Source of the DNA: Anthoceros angustus
Taxonomy: Eukaryota > Plantae > Anthocerotophyta
Direction: 5' to 3'
Assembly (NCBI GenBank): GCA_010909165.1
Contig: MU008218.1
Location: 1-64,000, forward strand
Length of the DNA: 64,000 bases
Positions 33,633 through 46,040 of this stretch are shown here, one piece after another; within the stretch, counting starts at the first letter, position 1; each line of letters starts with the position of its first letter. Under the pieces are notes generated by a model, which had not been told where the DNA came from, searched no databases, and saw only the letters and a list, made by a program, of their open reading frames with translations. Made by a program: the position numbers and the translations under genes.

Positions 33633-34820
33633 TCAGACGCTTCGGGTTTGAACTATGAGCAGGTAACGTCTGCCGTAGGCAATCCATGACAATGTCGTGG
33701 TTCCCACCACGGCCCAGCTCAAAATCGTGACAGCCGAGTAGGAATCCTGGACTCCAAACGCAGGTTGTGCAAGGGCTGTGGCCACCAACGCTAACTGCAA
33801 CACTGTGTTCACTTTGCTGATGAATAGCGGCCGGACCACTTCTGCACCTCCCTTGCCAATCTTGAAAAATTCACCCAAACCAGACCACCGCCACCGCAGA
33901 GAAACTGCTCTGTACACAAATCCACCAATAACCAGCGCGGTATCTCTGGCTAGGACGAAACCGACTAGTGCAGGGTGTAGAAGACCAGCGAAGGACATTG
34001 ACAGGGCTACACTACCGATGAGAACTTTGTCTGCAAGAGGATCCAGATACGAGCCAAGTACCGAATTCACCCCACTCTTCCTTGCAACATATCCATCCAA
34101 CCAGTCACTAGCGCCCGAAAGTACTAGACCTCCTAGCGCTGGCAAGGTGAATCCCTCTACAATCATCCAGCCAAGGACCGGTCCCGAGATCAGCCGAGCC
34201 AAGGAGATCCCGTTCGGCCAATTCAATACTTCCGCTTTAGTCCAGCCATGACCCGGGGAAGAGTGCCTGGCTTCAGAAGTGGTGGTTTCCACACCACTGG
34301 CATCCCTGTTGTCTCTTCCAAGCCGGGTTTCCGACTCTGCCCGCGAAGTTACAGACGCGGGCTTTGCAGACGGAGGAGCTGTGATCCTGTCGCCTTCTGT
34401 CACGTTACCCTGCTCCCTATCCGCGCCTTCACTAACTGCAGCGTCCGAGAAATGCTTCAGCCGGTGATAGGAAGCAGGAAAGCAGCAAGTACGCGTGGCC
34501 CCCGCCAAACCGCAAGCACTTTGTGACCAGCCAAAATCAGCAGATGGAGACCAGCCAGGTCGAGGGAACGGGGACGAGGAGAGACGACATTCCGGAGCAG
34601 TCAAATGATCGGAAATTTTATGTTGCCACACCTGTTGTGACAAATGCCGGCCACCTTCCCCCACTTTGGAATCCTGCCAGTCGAAACCTCCAGCCTCCTC
34701 TGAGATCAAACTTCCAAATCCTTGCCACCACCCAAAATCCGAGCAAGCAGCTGTACTCGAGCGTCTGTCAATCGCTTCTACAGCGGCCAGGCAGCGGCGC
34801 AGAAGCCGACACCTTCCCAT
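33633..34820 (-). CDS. CLS: Cardiolipin synthase (CDP-alcohol phosphatidyltransferase), mitochondrial; intronless
   Basis: NWPNGISLARL...SDWLDGYVAR...LGSYLDPLADK (CDP-OH motif) and VRPLFISKVNTVLQL, after a long N-terminal presequence. Confidence 0.88.
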   Translation of the reverse strand: MGRCRLLRRCLAAVEAIDRRSSTAACSDFGWWQGFGSLISEEAGGFDWQDSKVGEGGRHLSQQVWQHKISDHLTAPECRLSSSPFPRPGWSPSADFGWSQSACGLAGATRTCCFPASYHRLKHFSDAAVSEGADREQGNVTEGDRITAPPSAKPASVTSRAESETRLGRDNRDASGVETTTSEARHSSPGHGWTKAEVLNWPNGISLARLISGPVLGWMIVEGFTLPALGGLVLSGASDWLDGYVARKSGVNSVLGSYLDPLADKVLIGSVALSMSFAGLLHPALVGFVLARDTALVIGGFVYRAVSLRWRWSGLGEFFKIGKGGAEVVRPLFISKVNTVLQLALVATALAQPAFGVQDSYSAVTILSWAVVGTTTLSWIAYGRRYLLIVQTRSV

Positions 34821-35061
34821 CCTATTCCGCCTCCCAAATGTTGTTCGTCGACACGACAGTATCAGGCTGCCGTGAGCATAGCCGGCGCATTCGTTGCCGC
34901 AATGTGGTTGCCTCCCGCTCCGAATAGGGTGTTTGTCTAGGGTTTAATACCCAAAACCCTTTGGCCTGAACGTCCTGAACTCCCTGAACGTCCTCAACAA
35001 GTGCAGCTATCCTCATCGGAGTGGTAGGTCCGCATAGACTGCCTGGCATGTGAGATCAGCC

Positions 35062-36202
35062 ATGGTATCTGTGCATTCAGTCCGCGTTGCAGCGATAGCT
35101 CCAGAGTTTACAAGGAATGCGTCAAGCGCTCCGTTGCAATCTGTCCCCAGCACATCCTTCTCCTTCCCTTGTGTCCAGGGGGTGTGCTTCAGTGGCTTGT
35201 TTCGCAAGGAGACCACTTTGCATGTGAGTCATCAAGGTGGGAGCTCTGCGCAAGGTTTCGCTCTGTTGTTTCCTGAGATGTTTCACTTTCTTCGTTGGCA
35301 CAGATCTGCAGAGCGCAGCCCGACGGACCATCTCCACTTGGAAGGCGAGAAAGAGATCGCCAGCGGCTAGAGAAGTCCTTGCCAAACTTTGAGGAGATCA
35401 CCTCAGGTTAGGAGCATTGCTCATGTCCTTAAGATTCAACAGGATTGCAGGTTTCTGAAGTTTTCATGACCGGCACTGGGCAGATGAAGTGGATACCTTT
35501 TTGGATCTTCGGCGAGAAACTGTGGTGCTGACGGACAAACGTAAGTGGAATGGTTTCGGCTTCCCGAAAGTCATATGCCTGCAGTCGAAGACTCCGTTCT
35601 CATGGTCATCAACATGTTGATCGTCCTCCACTCTTGCAGGAAATCACTATGAAATCATGTTCTTAATACATGAGGACAACTTTGAGGAAGTTCCTGCCGT
35701 GATCGAAAAGGTGAAAGGTACCAGATCTTTAGCTGACTAGTTGGTAGAGGTTGTGAGTAGAGGTATCCTCGTGCATCCATATGGCCTCATCAGCTGTCAG
35801 CTCCAGTGACCAATGTCAAACGCGTGTGCAGGGTTTATAGGAGACAATCGAGGTGTTATATGGAGGCTCAACGACTGGGGGTTGAGACCTCTTGCCTACA
35901 AGATCAGAAAAGCTCGGAAAGCCAATTATGTTCTCATGAATGTTGAAGTTGGTTATGACAAAATCAACGATCTGAAGAAGTTGTTAGACAAAGATGAGAG
36001 AGTAATAAGGCACCTAGTGATGAGAATGAAGGAGGCCGTGAAGAAGGACTGTGAGCCACCCCTAGTTTTGGAGAAGAGAGGCTGGCGTGACCTGGAGTTA
36101 GATGATGAGTTAGACGAGGACGAAGACGAAGATGAGGAGGAGGATGAAGAAGTGGACCAAAGGGAAGGAACGCAGCGGTCACCAGCAACTAGTGCTGTCT
36201 AG
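35062..36202 (+). CDS. RFC3: Plastid ribosomal protein S6-like protein (RFC3-like), multi-exon
   Basis: Transit-peptide-like exon 1; NHYEIMFLIHEDNFEEV; IWRLNDWGLRPLAYKIRKARKANYVLMN...LDKDERVIRHLVM...DCEPP; acidic tail. Confidence 0.8.
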
Positions 36203-36322
36203 AACTCTATGCAACCATACTGCGAAGTCTGGATGTGGCAATTAAATCGCACCCCAGCATGTCTCGCACCAAACCATATTGGTTATAAGAACTAACGGTC
36301 CCAGCGTAGGGAAAGTGAGAAC

Positions 36323-38383
36323 ATGACACAGTGTGCTGCGTGTGGAGCTGCGGAAGCATGCTCTCGTTGTGCCCGCTGCCGGTCTGTTCGTTATTGCAAT
36401 ACTGCCTGCCAATCCAAGGTGCAGGTCACACTCATCTGGCTGCAACTCTCATCTGACGTGCTGTTTGTTGCTCGGTGACCTCATTCCTGGTTCGTCTCAT
36501 CCGGTGTAGGATTGGGCGGTCCACAGGCGGATTTGTATGCAGCTAAGGGTATCGCCAGGTGCACGTCGTGCTGCCCCTGATGCTATAAACAAAGACCTGA
36601 CCGGGAAATTGCTCAGGGAAGTGCCGCACCAAATTGCTCGGAAACCCCCCCCATCGGCTGAGTTGTTCCCCTCCGGATTCCAACATTTCCAGTATCAGGT
36701 CTGACCGATTTTTGTGTTCGACATCGCCCTCTTCACTTCTGGGCAGTTCTAACTCGCTCTATCGTGGTTACCTCAGAGCAGTGCGGATGGTGTTGACGAA
36801 AATCTTCTCCTTCTCCTGCACGGGCTGGGCGACACGCACACCTCGTATGGTCTTTTGTGTCTCTTGCTGCCCCTTCTTTTTTGTAGGGTGTGCTCTCGGT
36901 TTCATGAAATGCTAGCTCTTTGGCTACAACTTTTGATCAACAGCTGCTTAATTCGGTGTGGGTTGCTGTTCTCGCCTGGTGCCGCGTAGGCTTGCAGGTC
37001 TTGCTAAGACACTCTCGTTACCTCAAACTGCAACACTAGCTTTGTCTGCACCAATCAAATTTCCTGAAGTAATTGCACATGGGTAACAATCTGTGAAGAA
37101 GGGGCAGCCTGTTTCGCTCGGCAAATCACGGGTTGTGAACATGGATATTGAAAAAACAAAATTGTTTCAGGAGATCATGGTTCACGTCGCACGATCAGAG
37201 CTGGGACCTGATTCAGCCTTCTGCTGGAGAAAGGTTGGTCTCTCTGTTCTAGGTGGATGGTCTAGGTCACAAGTCTGTGATGGTTGAGAATTTGTGTCTA
37301 TAAGGTTATACCGAGCTTGCATGTCGGAAAGTAAACTTCTGACTACATCTGGCAAACGCCCATTCTCGTCATACATAATTGACAGAAGGAGGGTAGACAG
37401 TCTTTACCAAACAAGGACTGGGCTGAAGAAAGTGGTCGATGCGCTTTGCACGAGCTGTGATTGGAAGCATGATAGGTGAGTTCAGCCTCTTTCGCAGGTG
37501 CTGGAAGAATGAGTACGACATTGTTATTCACGCCTGTCACTAGACCAGCTTCTGATATATGCTTAATGTTGGCTGCAGAATCCACCTCTTTGGTTTCTCA
37601 CAAGGTGGGACAGTTGTACTGGATTTTGCATTGAATCATTGTGGCGTGAATCACGTCGGCAGTGTGGTAATTTCCTGCCCGGTCTGCATAAACTGTAACT
37701 GTTGCTGGGTTGGTTTTGCCCCTAACTTTGACTTCTCTGGGCGTGCTTCTGGTGGTGTCAGGTTGCTATCTCTGCCTCCCTACTTCGTGAACTCTTTCTT
37801 CAAGGTACCGGAAAATTCAAACCTATCTGTTGCTTTAAAGATTGAGGATTTTTGTCATCTCTTACCTCAGCTGCCCGTGTAGTACAGAAGGACACCAGCA
37901 AAGTGATAGTGTCTGTGAGGGGAATTGTCCTCCGGTGTTGATCACTCACGGCAGCAAAGATGAGGTGGTTCTACGAGCCGATGTGGAAAGGTGCCCAAAC
38001 TTCTTGCAGTTTCTATAGATTACGGTTCTCAAGTCAGAAAAGGACTCTGACATAATGAGGCCATCTTCATTTCATCGAGGTCATAATTAAGTCACGATGG
38101 CTGGAGACAGAACCATATCATTCCTGAGGAGCCGTCACAAGCACATGCAGGTCACTCTGAGCAATGTCAACAAGGTGTGCATGTCTTCTCGCAAACCATG
38201 AATCGTTAGTGTGCAGTAGACTTTGGAAACTCAACAAGCTTGTCATTGTGTGGACAGGGTCATGCAATGATCAACTCTGCTGAGGAAATGCACGACGTGA
38301 TGGCCTTGTGGGCAGGCAAACTACATCGCCGTTTGATTAGCATGGAAAGCAACTCATCTCTTTATGAGGTCACCCAAGGGTAG
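36323..38383 (+). CDS. MYND zinc finger fused to a phospholipase/carboxylesterase-type alpha/beta hydrolase, multi-exon
   Basis: Exons 1-2 give CAACGAAEACSRCARCRSVRYCNTACQSK|DWAVHRRIC. Later exons give DENLLLLLHGLGD, LPQTATLALSAP, GFSQGG (Ser), THGSKDEVV (Asp) and GHAM (His). Confidence 0.8.
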
Positions 38384-38745
38384 TTCTGAACTTACGCTTC
38401 AAATTCAGCCCATGGCATTCTTTCGCCTGCGGCATGGGAATGTCACCGATAATACATGTGATCAAATGCTTCTACCTTAGCTAGAGCTACTGGACTGAAA
38501 ACACACCGCTAAGTGGCTACGAGACTGAAAACACTCGGTAAGTTGCTATGTTGAATTGCACCTTGTCACACTGACAGGGATTTATATAGAATGATCTTTC
38601 CACGATTTCCAGCTCGACGGATTGGCCGTATAGCAACCACTTCATTGTTGGGCAGAGACGGCAGATGCCCCACGAATCGTGAAGCTGGTCGGTTGCATGC
38701 AGGAGGATTCCTGGCAGGCTCGGCAGAGCTTTACATCTGCCCTCC

Positions 38746-40782
38746 ATGGCGTGGGCGGGCCAGGTGCAGAACACGGTGACCGTGCAGCTCAACAGACAGC
38801 TCGGAGGAGCCTGTGCGGAGCGGAAGGAGCTGCCAAACGTGCACCTGGGTCGGAGGCAGGTGAAGCTTTCCGCGCTCTGGAGCCAGCAGCTTGTTGGAGC
38901 AGGTGGATTGTGGGGAGCTGCAGGCAGGCACAATCTTGGTATCAGAGCTACGGCAGCTACCAACGAAAAGGTGCTGGAAAAGCCTCCCGGTAGGATCGAC
39001 TCGTTTGTCCTCACCGCGGATCAAATTGCCAAGGTGAGTGTCCCAAGTGGGTCAGTAAGTACTGGTGCAGTTGGAGCATGCATGGTGCATTCCGTGAAGG
39101 ATCACTGCTTCTGGGAAGTGCAGACTAAAGAGCGCATTGACAACTTTCTCATATCTCTTTCACGCAATCCTGAGAGGCGAGAGGGAGCTCTTCCTTACTA
39201 CCTCCTGCATAAAGAGGGGGCACCCGTCTACGGCACGGTGCTCGTGTTCCACGGATTTTCGTCAAAGCCTGACCAGACATGGCGTCTCGCACAGTATCTG
39301 TTTGACAATGGTTTCAATGTGTACCAGCCCTCCATCTCCAGCCACTATCTTGTCAACCCTGACAAAAACTGGCCTCAGGTATGAATGAGTGCTTGCAGAT
39401 GTGCGTGAGTGTGTTCACTACTTGGGAGCTCACACAGGAGGTCGGTGGCAGGTTGACTTGAAATTGCAGTGGAAAGCTTCTGTTCGGCAGAAATTCTTGC
39501 AAGATCCAGTTTTATCTGGAGCCTTGGCAGCTGTTGACAGAGTCTCTGACGTCAGCCTGGAGCAGGTAAGCTGCTTCTAAACTCCAGCCGGATTTCTTCC
39601 TTGCTAGTTTTTCATGTTTGGCGTGACTAATTTCCATGGCTGCAGCTAGATTCACTGAAGCAAAGGATAAATGCCTTGTCGCCAGACATGGAGCCAATCG
39701 TCACGGCTATCAATGAGGGGGCATACTCGGACTCATTCGACAAGTACGAGGATGTTAGCCTGAAACATGTTGCTCCACGCTGCCACGGGAGCTTGGTTTG
39801 CACGTATGTCTGACATGTGGACCGTGTTGTGCACGGTAGGTTTTATGATTCCTCCCATATGAATTATCTATACGATGCTGAGGCCCGGCTTGCAGAGATC
39901 GAGGCACTTCCAGGTCCAGCTTTCACTGTTGGCTTGTCAGTGGGAGGAGCAGTTGCTCTTGGTCTGGCTGCTGCCCATCCTAACAAAGTTGCCAAGGTTG
40001 TGGCTTATGCTCCTCTTCTGAAGGTCAGGCCTCCTTTAGGTGCTGCCCGCATATATTAAGCTTCTTCAGCACACACTGTACTAACAAGTGTCTCACAGGA
40101 GGTGAATGAGGTGAAAAGGCAGTTCTCTTTAATAGCCGGGCCACTAGATGTGAAGGAGTCCGGTTGGGATCCAAAGCTTCAGTTCACAGTCGGATGCTTC
40201 GCCGCCACCGATGTCTTCGGCAACTTTGTGATACGCCAAGCTCAAACTCTGTCAGCTGTTCCCACGTTCTTGATGCTCACTGAAAACGATGACTCAGCAA
40301 ACATCCCTGCAAACAAAGCGTTCACCGCAAGCATGGTCCCGTTCGCTGGTAAATTCCCTTCACTCAACTCGACCATGATTTGTTGGGTGACAGATATAAC
40401 CAGCCCAGTCTCGCTCTTCCTGGCTTGCCTCGCGTGCAGAGGGAACTGGAGTTCCACATTTGGAGGGCATGTACGTTGCATCCGAGCGGGTACCTCATCC
40501 AATGGTGGACCCTACAGAGGTGAGAGCGGCTTATTACTAGGAGAACTTAATGCTCAGGTTAACTGCTCCGCTGGTGATCAGGCTTGGTTGGCCAGTGTGC
40601 GCTGCTTGCCCTAACACGGCCACGACATGCTGTTTCAGGTCAGTCAAGGAATGACCAACAGGTACTGGGCAAGCCTGTATCAGGAGACGTTTCGATTTCT
40701 GACAGAGGGATCCGTGAACTTCGAAAATTTGAAAAACCTTGGGCAGGATCCTGCTCTTCCTCAGGTTGCCCCAGTAAAGTGA
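38746..40782 (+). CDS. Alpha/beta hydrolase (esterase/lipase) with an N-terminal organellar transit-like peptide, multi-exon
   Basis: VLVFHGFSSKP (oxyanion), GLSVGG nucleophile elbow, VAYAPLL, LMLTENDD. GT-AG introns. Confidence 0.8.
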
Positions 40783-41513
40783 CCGCTGCTTGATCTGCAT
40801 GCAGCCTGCTGCAAGTGTCCCGCAGCTGGGTTCAGAAAGACCAAAGCCATCATTCTCCATATTGTCTACAGTCTAAAACACATCCAGATGTAGCAGCCTC
40901 AAACGCAGGGTATTGCCCGGTTCCACGGTCACGAGGGTGTTGGAGGTGTGACTCGCGGTTTTCCGATTTTGAGCAACACCGGATGGTTTTGCCAGCGGGT
41001 GGTTTCACTTGTATGCTGGCGAAACGATCCGGCGGGCTTCCAAGTATGTATGTAGATAAGTTGAGTGATGGCCTGTCCACATCGGAACCGGGCATGCTGC
41101 GGAGACTCGAACCCCGTCTTTTTCGGTTTCGGTTTCTTTAACCAAATGATAAGGTCGATACTGCGCAGCAAGGCGCAGGACCGGGCCGTGGTCACGCAGG
41201 GCCGAGCTGTGGTCCCATGACCCGTGATGTTGTGGTACTAATATTATATTACAAAAGAGCATCGTGAGGATACAAGAGGCTCGTCTTCTCATTTTCAACT
41301 TCATTTTCTGTCGTGTGGCTTGTTTTGTGTTCGATTCCGCTCCCTTGGCCTTTGTCTAGACCTGGCCTTGTGTCTTGTCCTATGTTTGCTTGGGATCATG
41401 GATCCCATGTTATTCAATATTTTATTTGGTTTTTTCATGAAATCTTATGTAGAATGCACGGATCTACCCATGGTTTTCAGCGCACAATTGGATGATGGTG
41501 TGATGAGTAATGA

Positions 41514-42600
41514 TGGATGGTTTGTTATTCCTTTAATACTTTCATTGGTTGGAGCGTACTTCTTTCATTGGGATATTGAGCAGCAGTTTTTAGCGAGATT
41601 TTGGTCGAGATTTTGGTGGAAGTTTCCGCACCAAAATACAACTTGGAGTTCTTTACACATGCTTGCTTGGCTCCTTATGGGGCAAGAGCAGTTGGATGCA
41701 CAATGGAGGAAGGAGTACAGGATGGCCTACTCAACTTTAAAGCTTTTAGTGGACATCTCCTTACATCCAAAAGAAGTCTAACAGACCACCTCTGCACCTT
41801 GAGCTTGGAGTTCCCATGGTCTTGCACATGTTTTAGCTTATGGAGCATCTCCTACAGTTGTCGCTAACACTTATGGAGTTAGACCATCCATTGTGACAGA
41901 GCATACCAAGTTGATTACTAGCATCCTTAGTAATCCAAGAAAGTTGGTTTCAAAGTTCATCAACATGCCAAGTGGCCAACGACAACTAGCATGTGCAGAT
42001 AAGTTTTTTGCAGTCATTGGAGTTCCAAATATGGTGGGTGCAATTGATGGTTCGCACATCAAATTGGCTGCTAAGCCTGCTAACAAGTATACTCCAGCTG
42101 CGTATTGGTCACGTCATGATATGCATAGCGCCATTCTTCAAGGAGTCTATGACTATAATCAAATCTTTTTGGATGTAAGTTGCATTGCTCCAGGAGGTGT
42201 CCATGACTTTGTTGGAAGAGTAGTGTGTGGGCAAGATTACATCGACATGACATCTTGATGGAGCCAACGATATTGGTTGGCAATACTAATGTTCGGCCTT
42301 TTATTGTTGGTGATAGTGCTTATCCAATCATGCCTTTCCTCATGAAGATATATGATACACCATGCGCACCAGAAAACGAAGGTTCAATAGGATTTTGTGC
42401 AAAGGAAAGGTGAAAATTGAAAATGCATCCCAAATTTGAAGAACAGGTGGCGTATTTTGAAGGACATAAATATGGCTCTTCCTTATGTGGGGCAAACTGT
42501 AGTAGCTTGCACAGTGTCACATAAATTTTTGCATCATGCACAAGGAGCCCGATGTGGCAAATGTGCTTGAAAATCCGGACCCTTATCCCATGCACCATCA
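41514..42600 (+). pseudogene. Harbinger/HARBI1-like DDE transposase, frameshifted
   Basis: WRKEYRMAYSTL; VGAIDGSHIKL...AYWSRHDMHSAILQGV...PGGVHD; IVGDSAYP; LKNRWRIL. Confidence 0.88.
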
Positions 42601-42954
42601 GCCATTTTATTTGGAGAATGCCATAGAGGAGCAGTTTCAACGAGTGGGCAACGAACAAAGACAAGCATTGTTGGAGTTTTGGGTGAATACAAATTGTTGA
42701 GGGCAATTGTGATTGTTATTGTATGTTAGACAGTATGTGAGGCCATCATGCCCACTCATAACAATACATGGAAGAACAACGAGGCTCTACAAACTAAAAG
42801 AAATAATTATCACCTTTAAATTAGAAGGTGTCACAAAACACAACCTTCTTAAACTCGAGAAAGGACTAGTCTTGAATCTCGAGTCTTACCTACATTGGAA
42901 GGGCCTATGCGAATTGAAACGTCTGCTATTCCTCCCATGCTACATCACCTCTCA

Positions 42955-43884
42955 TCATCGGAATGAAGTAGGCTGTTCCGTTTGTTCCAACTTGGGGCGG
43001 CAAACAATTCTGCTATCTTCAAGCTGGATTTGACTTGCATTGGCGTTGTAAATCATGAAGTACTCTGGCATGTTCCACACTCTGCATGAATTCCAGTCTC
43101 TGTCTCTCCAACTCCCGTGCATGAAGCAACTTAGCCTCGTCAATCTGCACATAACTTTGAGCAAAAACTTGCATACCTTCGCGAAAATCTCACTTGCTAC
43201 CGAAGGATAATTTTCTAGTCTTTCTTTTCCCTTGACTAAGTTGTGCAGACACCCCGACAAGCTTTTCAATTTGGGATAGAGGGGTATCTGGTGTCGTTTG
43301 CTCATTATCTGGACAAGAATTTGTTGCTGCTGAGGACAGAGCGGGAGTTGGCGTGGTATCCTTGCCACCAAGCTTGGCTGGGAGGTTGCAATATCTTGGT
43401 TAAGGTCTTCATCTTCAAGGTTGACAAAATCTGGAGCAATTGGGTCCTCATTCACGGAAGAAGTGCATTCAACTGCAAAGCTCCCAACATCAACAGACCC
43501 TGGAATGCTACAAAATTTTGGATTTGTGCCCAAGAAGGTGTCCATCTGCTCGAAGAAAGGCCAAGAGCTTGGTGTCCCCCCTGATGTATGCTCGACCTTC
43601 TCTCCTTCCTGCATGTATTTCTTCTTCAATGCCTCTACCTTCTGCTTACATTGCTCCCAACGAACAGTCTAGGTGCAGTACGGAGAAACCAAGCTGCAAA
43701 TTTTATGCCAATGTTTCACCTCTAGATTGCCTCTGTTCACCTGGAAATACTTCTCCTGAAACAAGGCAATCAATCTCTGGGTGCCTTCATCTGTCCAAGT
43801 CGCCTTTTCCTGAACAACCGGCTGGCTGCAATGTTCAAGGTGCCCGCGAGGAAAATCTGCTATAGAACGCGGTAGGTCTGCCAT
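42955..43884 (-). pseudogene. Harbinger Myb/SANT (trihelix) DNA-binding protein, disrupted
   Basis: TWTDEGTQRLIALFQEKY...NLEVKHWHKI; KKKYMQE...SSWPFFEQMD. Confidence 0.8.
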
Positions 43885-44179
43885 AGCTTTCTAGGGCGCA
43901 AAGCGGCTTGGTACGGCTAGTTGGAAGATCTTGGTTGTTTAATGCAGCACAAAACATCTCGGGTGATCAAAATGCACTCGGGATGGAGCACGGGTTAAGG
44001 GTGCTGTGGTATGCAGACACTGCGACTACGGGGTCTGGCCGTAGTTGCAATGACAAGCGCAGAGTGGACCAACAATAGCTTAATTTAGGTGAGCCCGGTG
44101 AGCAAGGAAGCTGCACAGTTTCCTGGGCAGAAGGAACTGCGTTGTGGTTTTCTTTATGTGAATAGGCTATGAGTTTGCA

Positions 44180-46040
44180 GTAGCGTGCATGTGTAGCTCG
44201 CTCAACTTACTCTCGGAATCCCAATGGCAACTCATATGGCATCAAATCCTTTGAATTCATCCAGTACAGCTTGCACTTCTTTTGGGATGTCTTTCGCCTC
44301 TGTGGAATCCTCTTCCAGACCATCCTCTAGTTCTTGGAGTACAACTAAGTATAGCTCCTTCTTTTTCCTGAGATCCTTCTTAAGTTCTCTTTTTGAAATC
44401 AGCTGTACTGATGGAGTCTCAAGCTTCTGGCGAACACTAGCACAACTCACCTTGTGCTTCTTGGATATCTCAAAAGTGTGTGACTTAACATCCATGTACA
44501 CTTCATTGGATCTCATCCACTCTAGGCTTAAGATGATATCATGGTCGTCCATCTCGACGACTGTGAAACTCACATCATGCTTCAACTTGCAGCTTTACTC
44601 CATGCAATTCGCCCAGAAATTGCAGAGTCCCTTTAGCTTGCTTGATTCCATATGGCGTGGAAGTTTCAGTCCATTCAAGACCAAGCTCTCTTGCCTTACT
44701 AGGAGTTATAAAATTGTGGGTGGCTGCGAGAATCCAACAACAACTCTACATCTAAGCCATTCATCTTCCCACATATATACATGAGGTCTCCACCTTTCCT
44801 CATTATAGTGTCATCCTTGATACTAGATGACTCACCACATGTCTTCACAACATGTGGCCCCCGGCGTCACCTGGGCTCCTCAGGAAGTTCTTGGATCCTG
44901 ACTCTTGGAACAGGTGGATTGGCAACAACCAAATTCAAGTTGGGAGTTCCAACATGTGGACAATTCCTAGCAAAGTGTTCCTGTTCTCCGCAACTGTAGC
45001 ACACACCTGAGCTAGGCATTGTTCGTCGTCTTCCACGACCCTTGTTATCTCCTCTAGCTCGGCCTCTGCCAATAGTCTAATTGGTTCCACTATTCACGGT
45101 GGTGGTAGCTCGTCCTCTCCCTCTAGATCTACCCTGAGATCTAGGATATCTTCCTCTTGATACTGGTGCCTCCTGAATAAACATATCCGGTATGGCATCT
45201 GGTGTTGCCATGGCCTCTTGCTGTGTTTGAGGATTAGTCAAAGCTATCCTATTTTGAGCCCATCTCTTCAGGCCAGTGATAAACTTGTGGAGTTTGTCCT
45301 GCTCATGCATCTCTGGACATTGCAAGACAATAGAGCTAAACTCACTCACATACTCCCGCAAAGTTCCAGTATGCTTGACATTGTAGAGCATCCTTCGCGC
45401 CAAACTCGCTGCATTAGCGGGTTGGAAAGCGGAGTTGCGGCTTGCTTGAAATGCCCATGTGAAGATTGTGGCTCTGCGATTGCCTTGCCTTACGTTCTCA
45501 ACGTAAGTCCTCAACCAAGTAAGAGCATAATCCTCCAAGAAATTCGTGACGTGCTTCAGGTACTCATCTTGCGGCACTCTGCATGATTCGATGCGCTTCA
45601 AAGAAAAACCAAGAACTGATTTTCTCTACGTCACGCTCGCCTTTGTAAGTCTTTGGGGCCTGTATACTCAGCCTCAACTTCTTAGACTTTTGGCTGGCCT
45701 CAAGCGCGAGTCACAGGCTCCTCGGGAAGTTCTTGGATCCGGCTCTTCTTCAACGAGCTTTCGCCTGCCTTTAATCTCCTGATCCATGGCATCAAGTCTC
45801 CTCATGATCTTTTGGAGCTAGTCCTCTATCGTGGTGCCGGTCCTCTGCTCCGAAATTCCTTCCTCTGCTGTTCTCACAACTTGCGGACTTGCCTGTGGCT
45901 CTTCCACAGCGGCTTCGGCAAGCGGGGCCTTATCCTTCTGGCGGCGTACCCTTTTCACTCTACTTGGCTCAACAGGATCTGCCATCTCCACTAGCGTACT
46001 AATTAAAGATACCTCAACCTATGCTCTGATACCACTAATA
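44180..46040 (-). mobile_element. Ty3/gypsy fragment (PBS, gag with zinc knuckle, aspartic protease), 3'-truncated
   Basis: tRNA-Met PBS TGGTATCAGAGC (46034-46023); gag ORF 45077-45601; CYSCGEQEHFARNC; protease LLLDS and DHDIILSLEWM. Confidence 0.88.

Larger units (their letters stand above)
41500..43884. mobile_element. Decayed PIF/Harbinger DNA transposon (convergent nuclease and Myb/SANT genes); ends not defined
   Basis: DDE nuclease remnants on +, trihelix protein on -. Confidence 0.85.

Noticed and set aside
40900-44050. Terminal inverted repeats of the Harbinger element
   Set aside because: No matching TIR pair or TAA/TTA TSD could be found by eye. The short hairpin ACTACGG...CCGTAGT near 44025 is local only.
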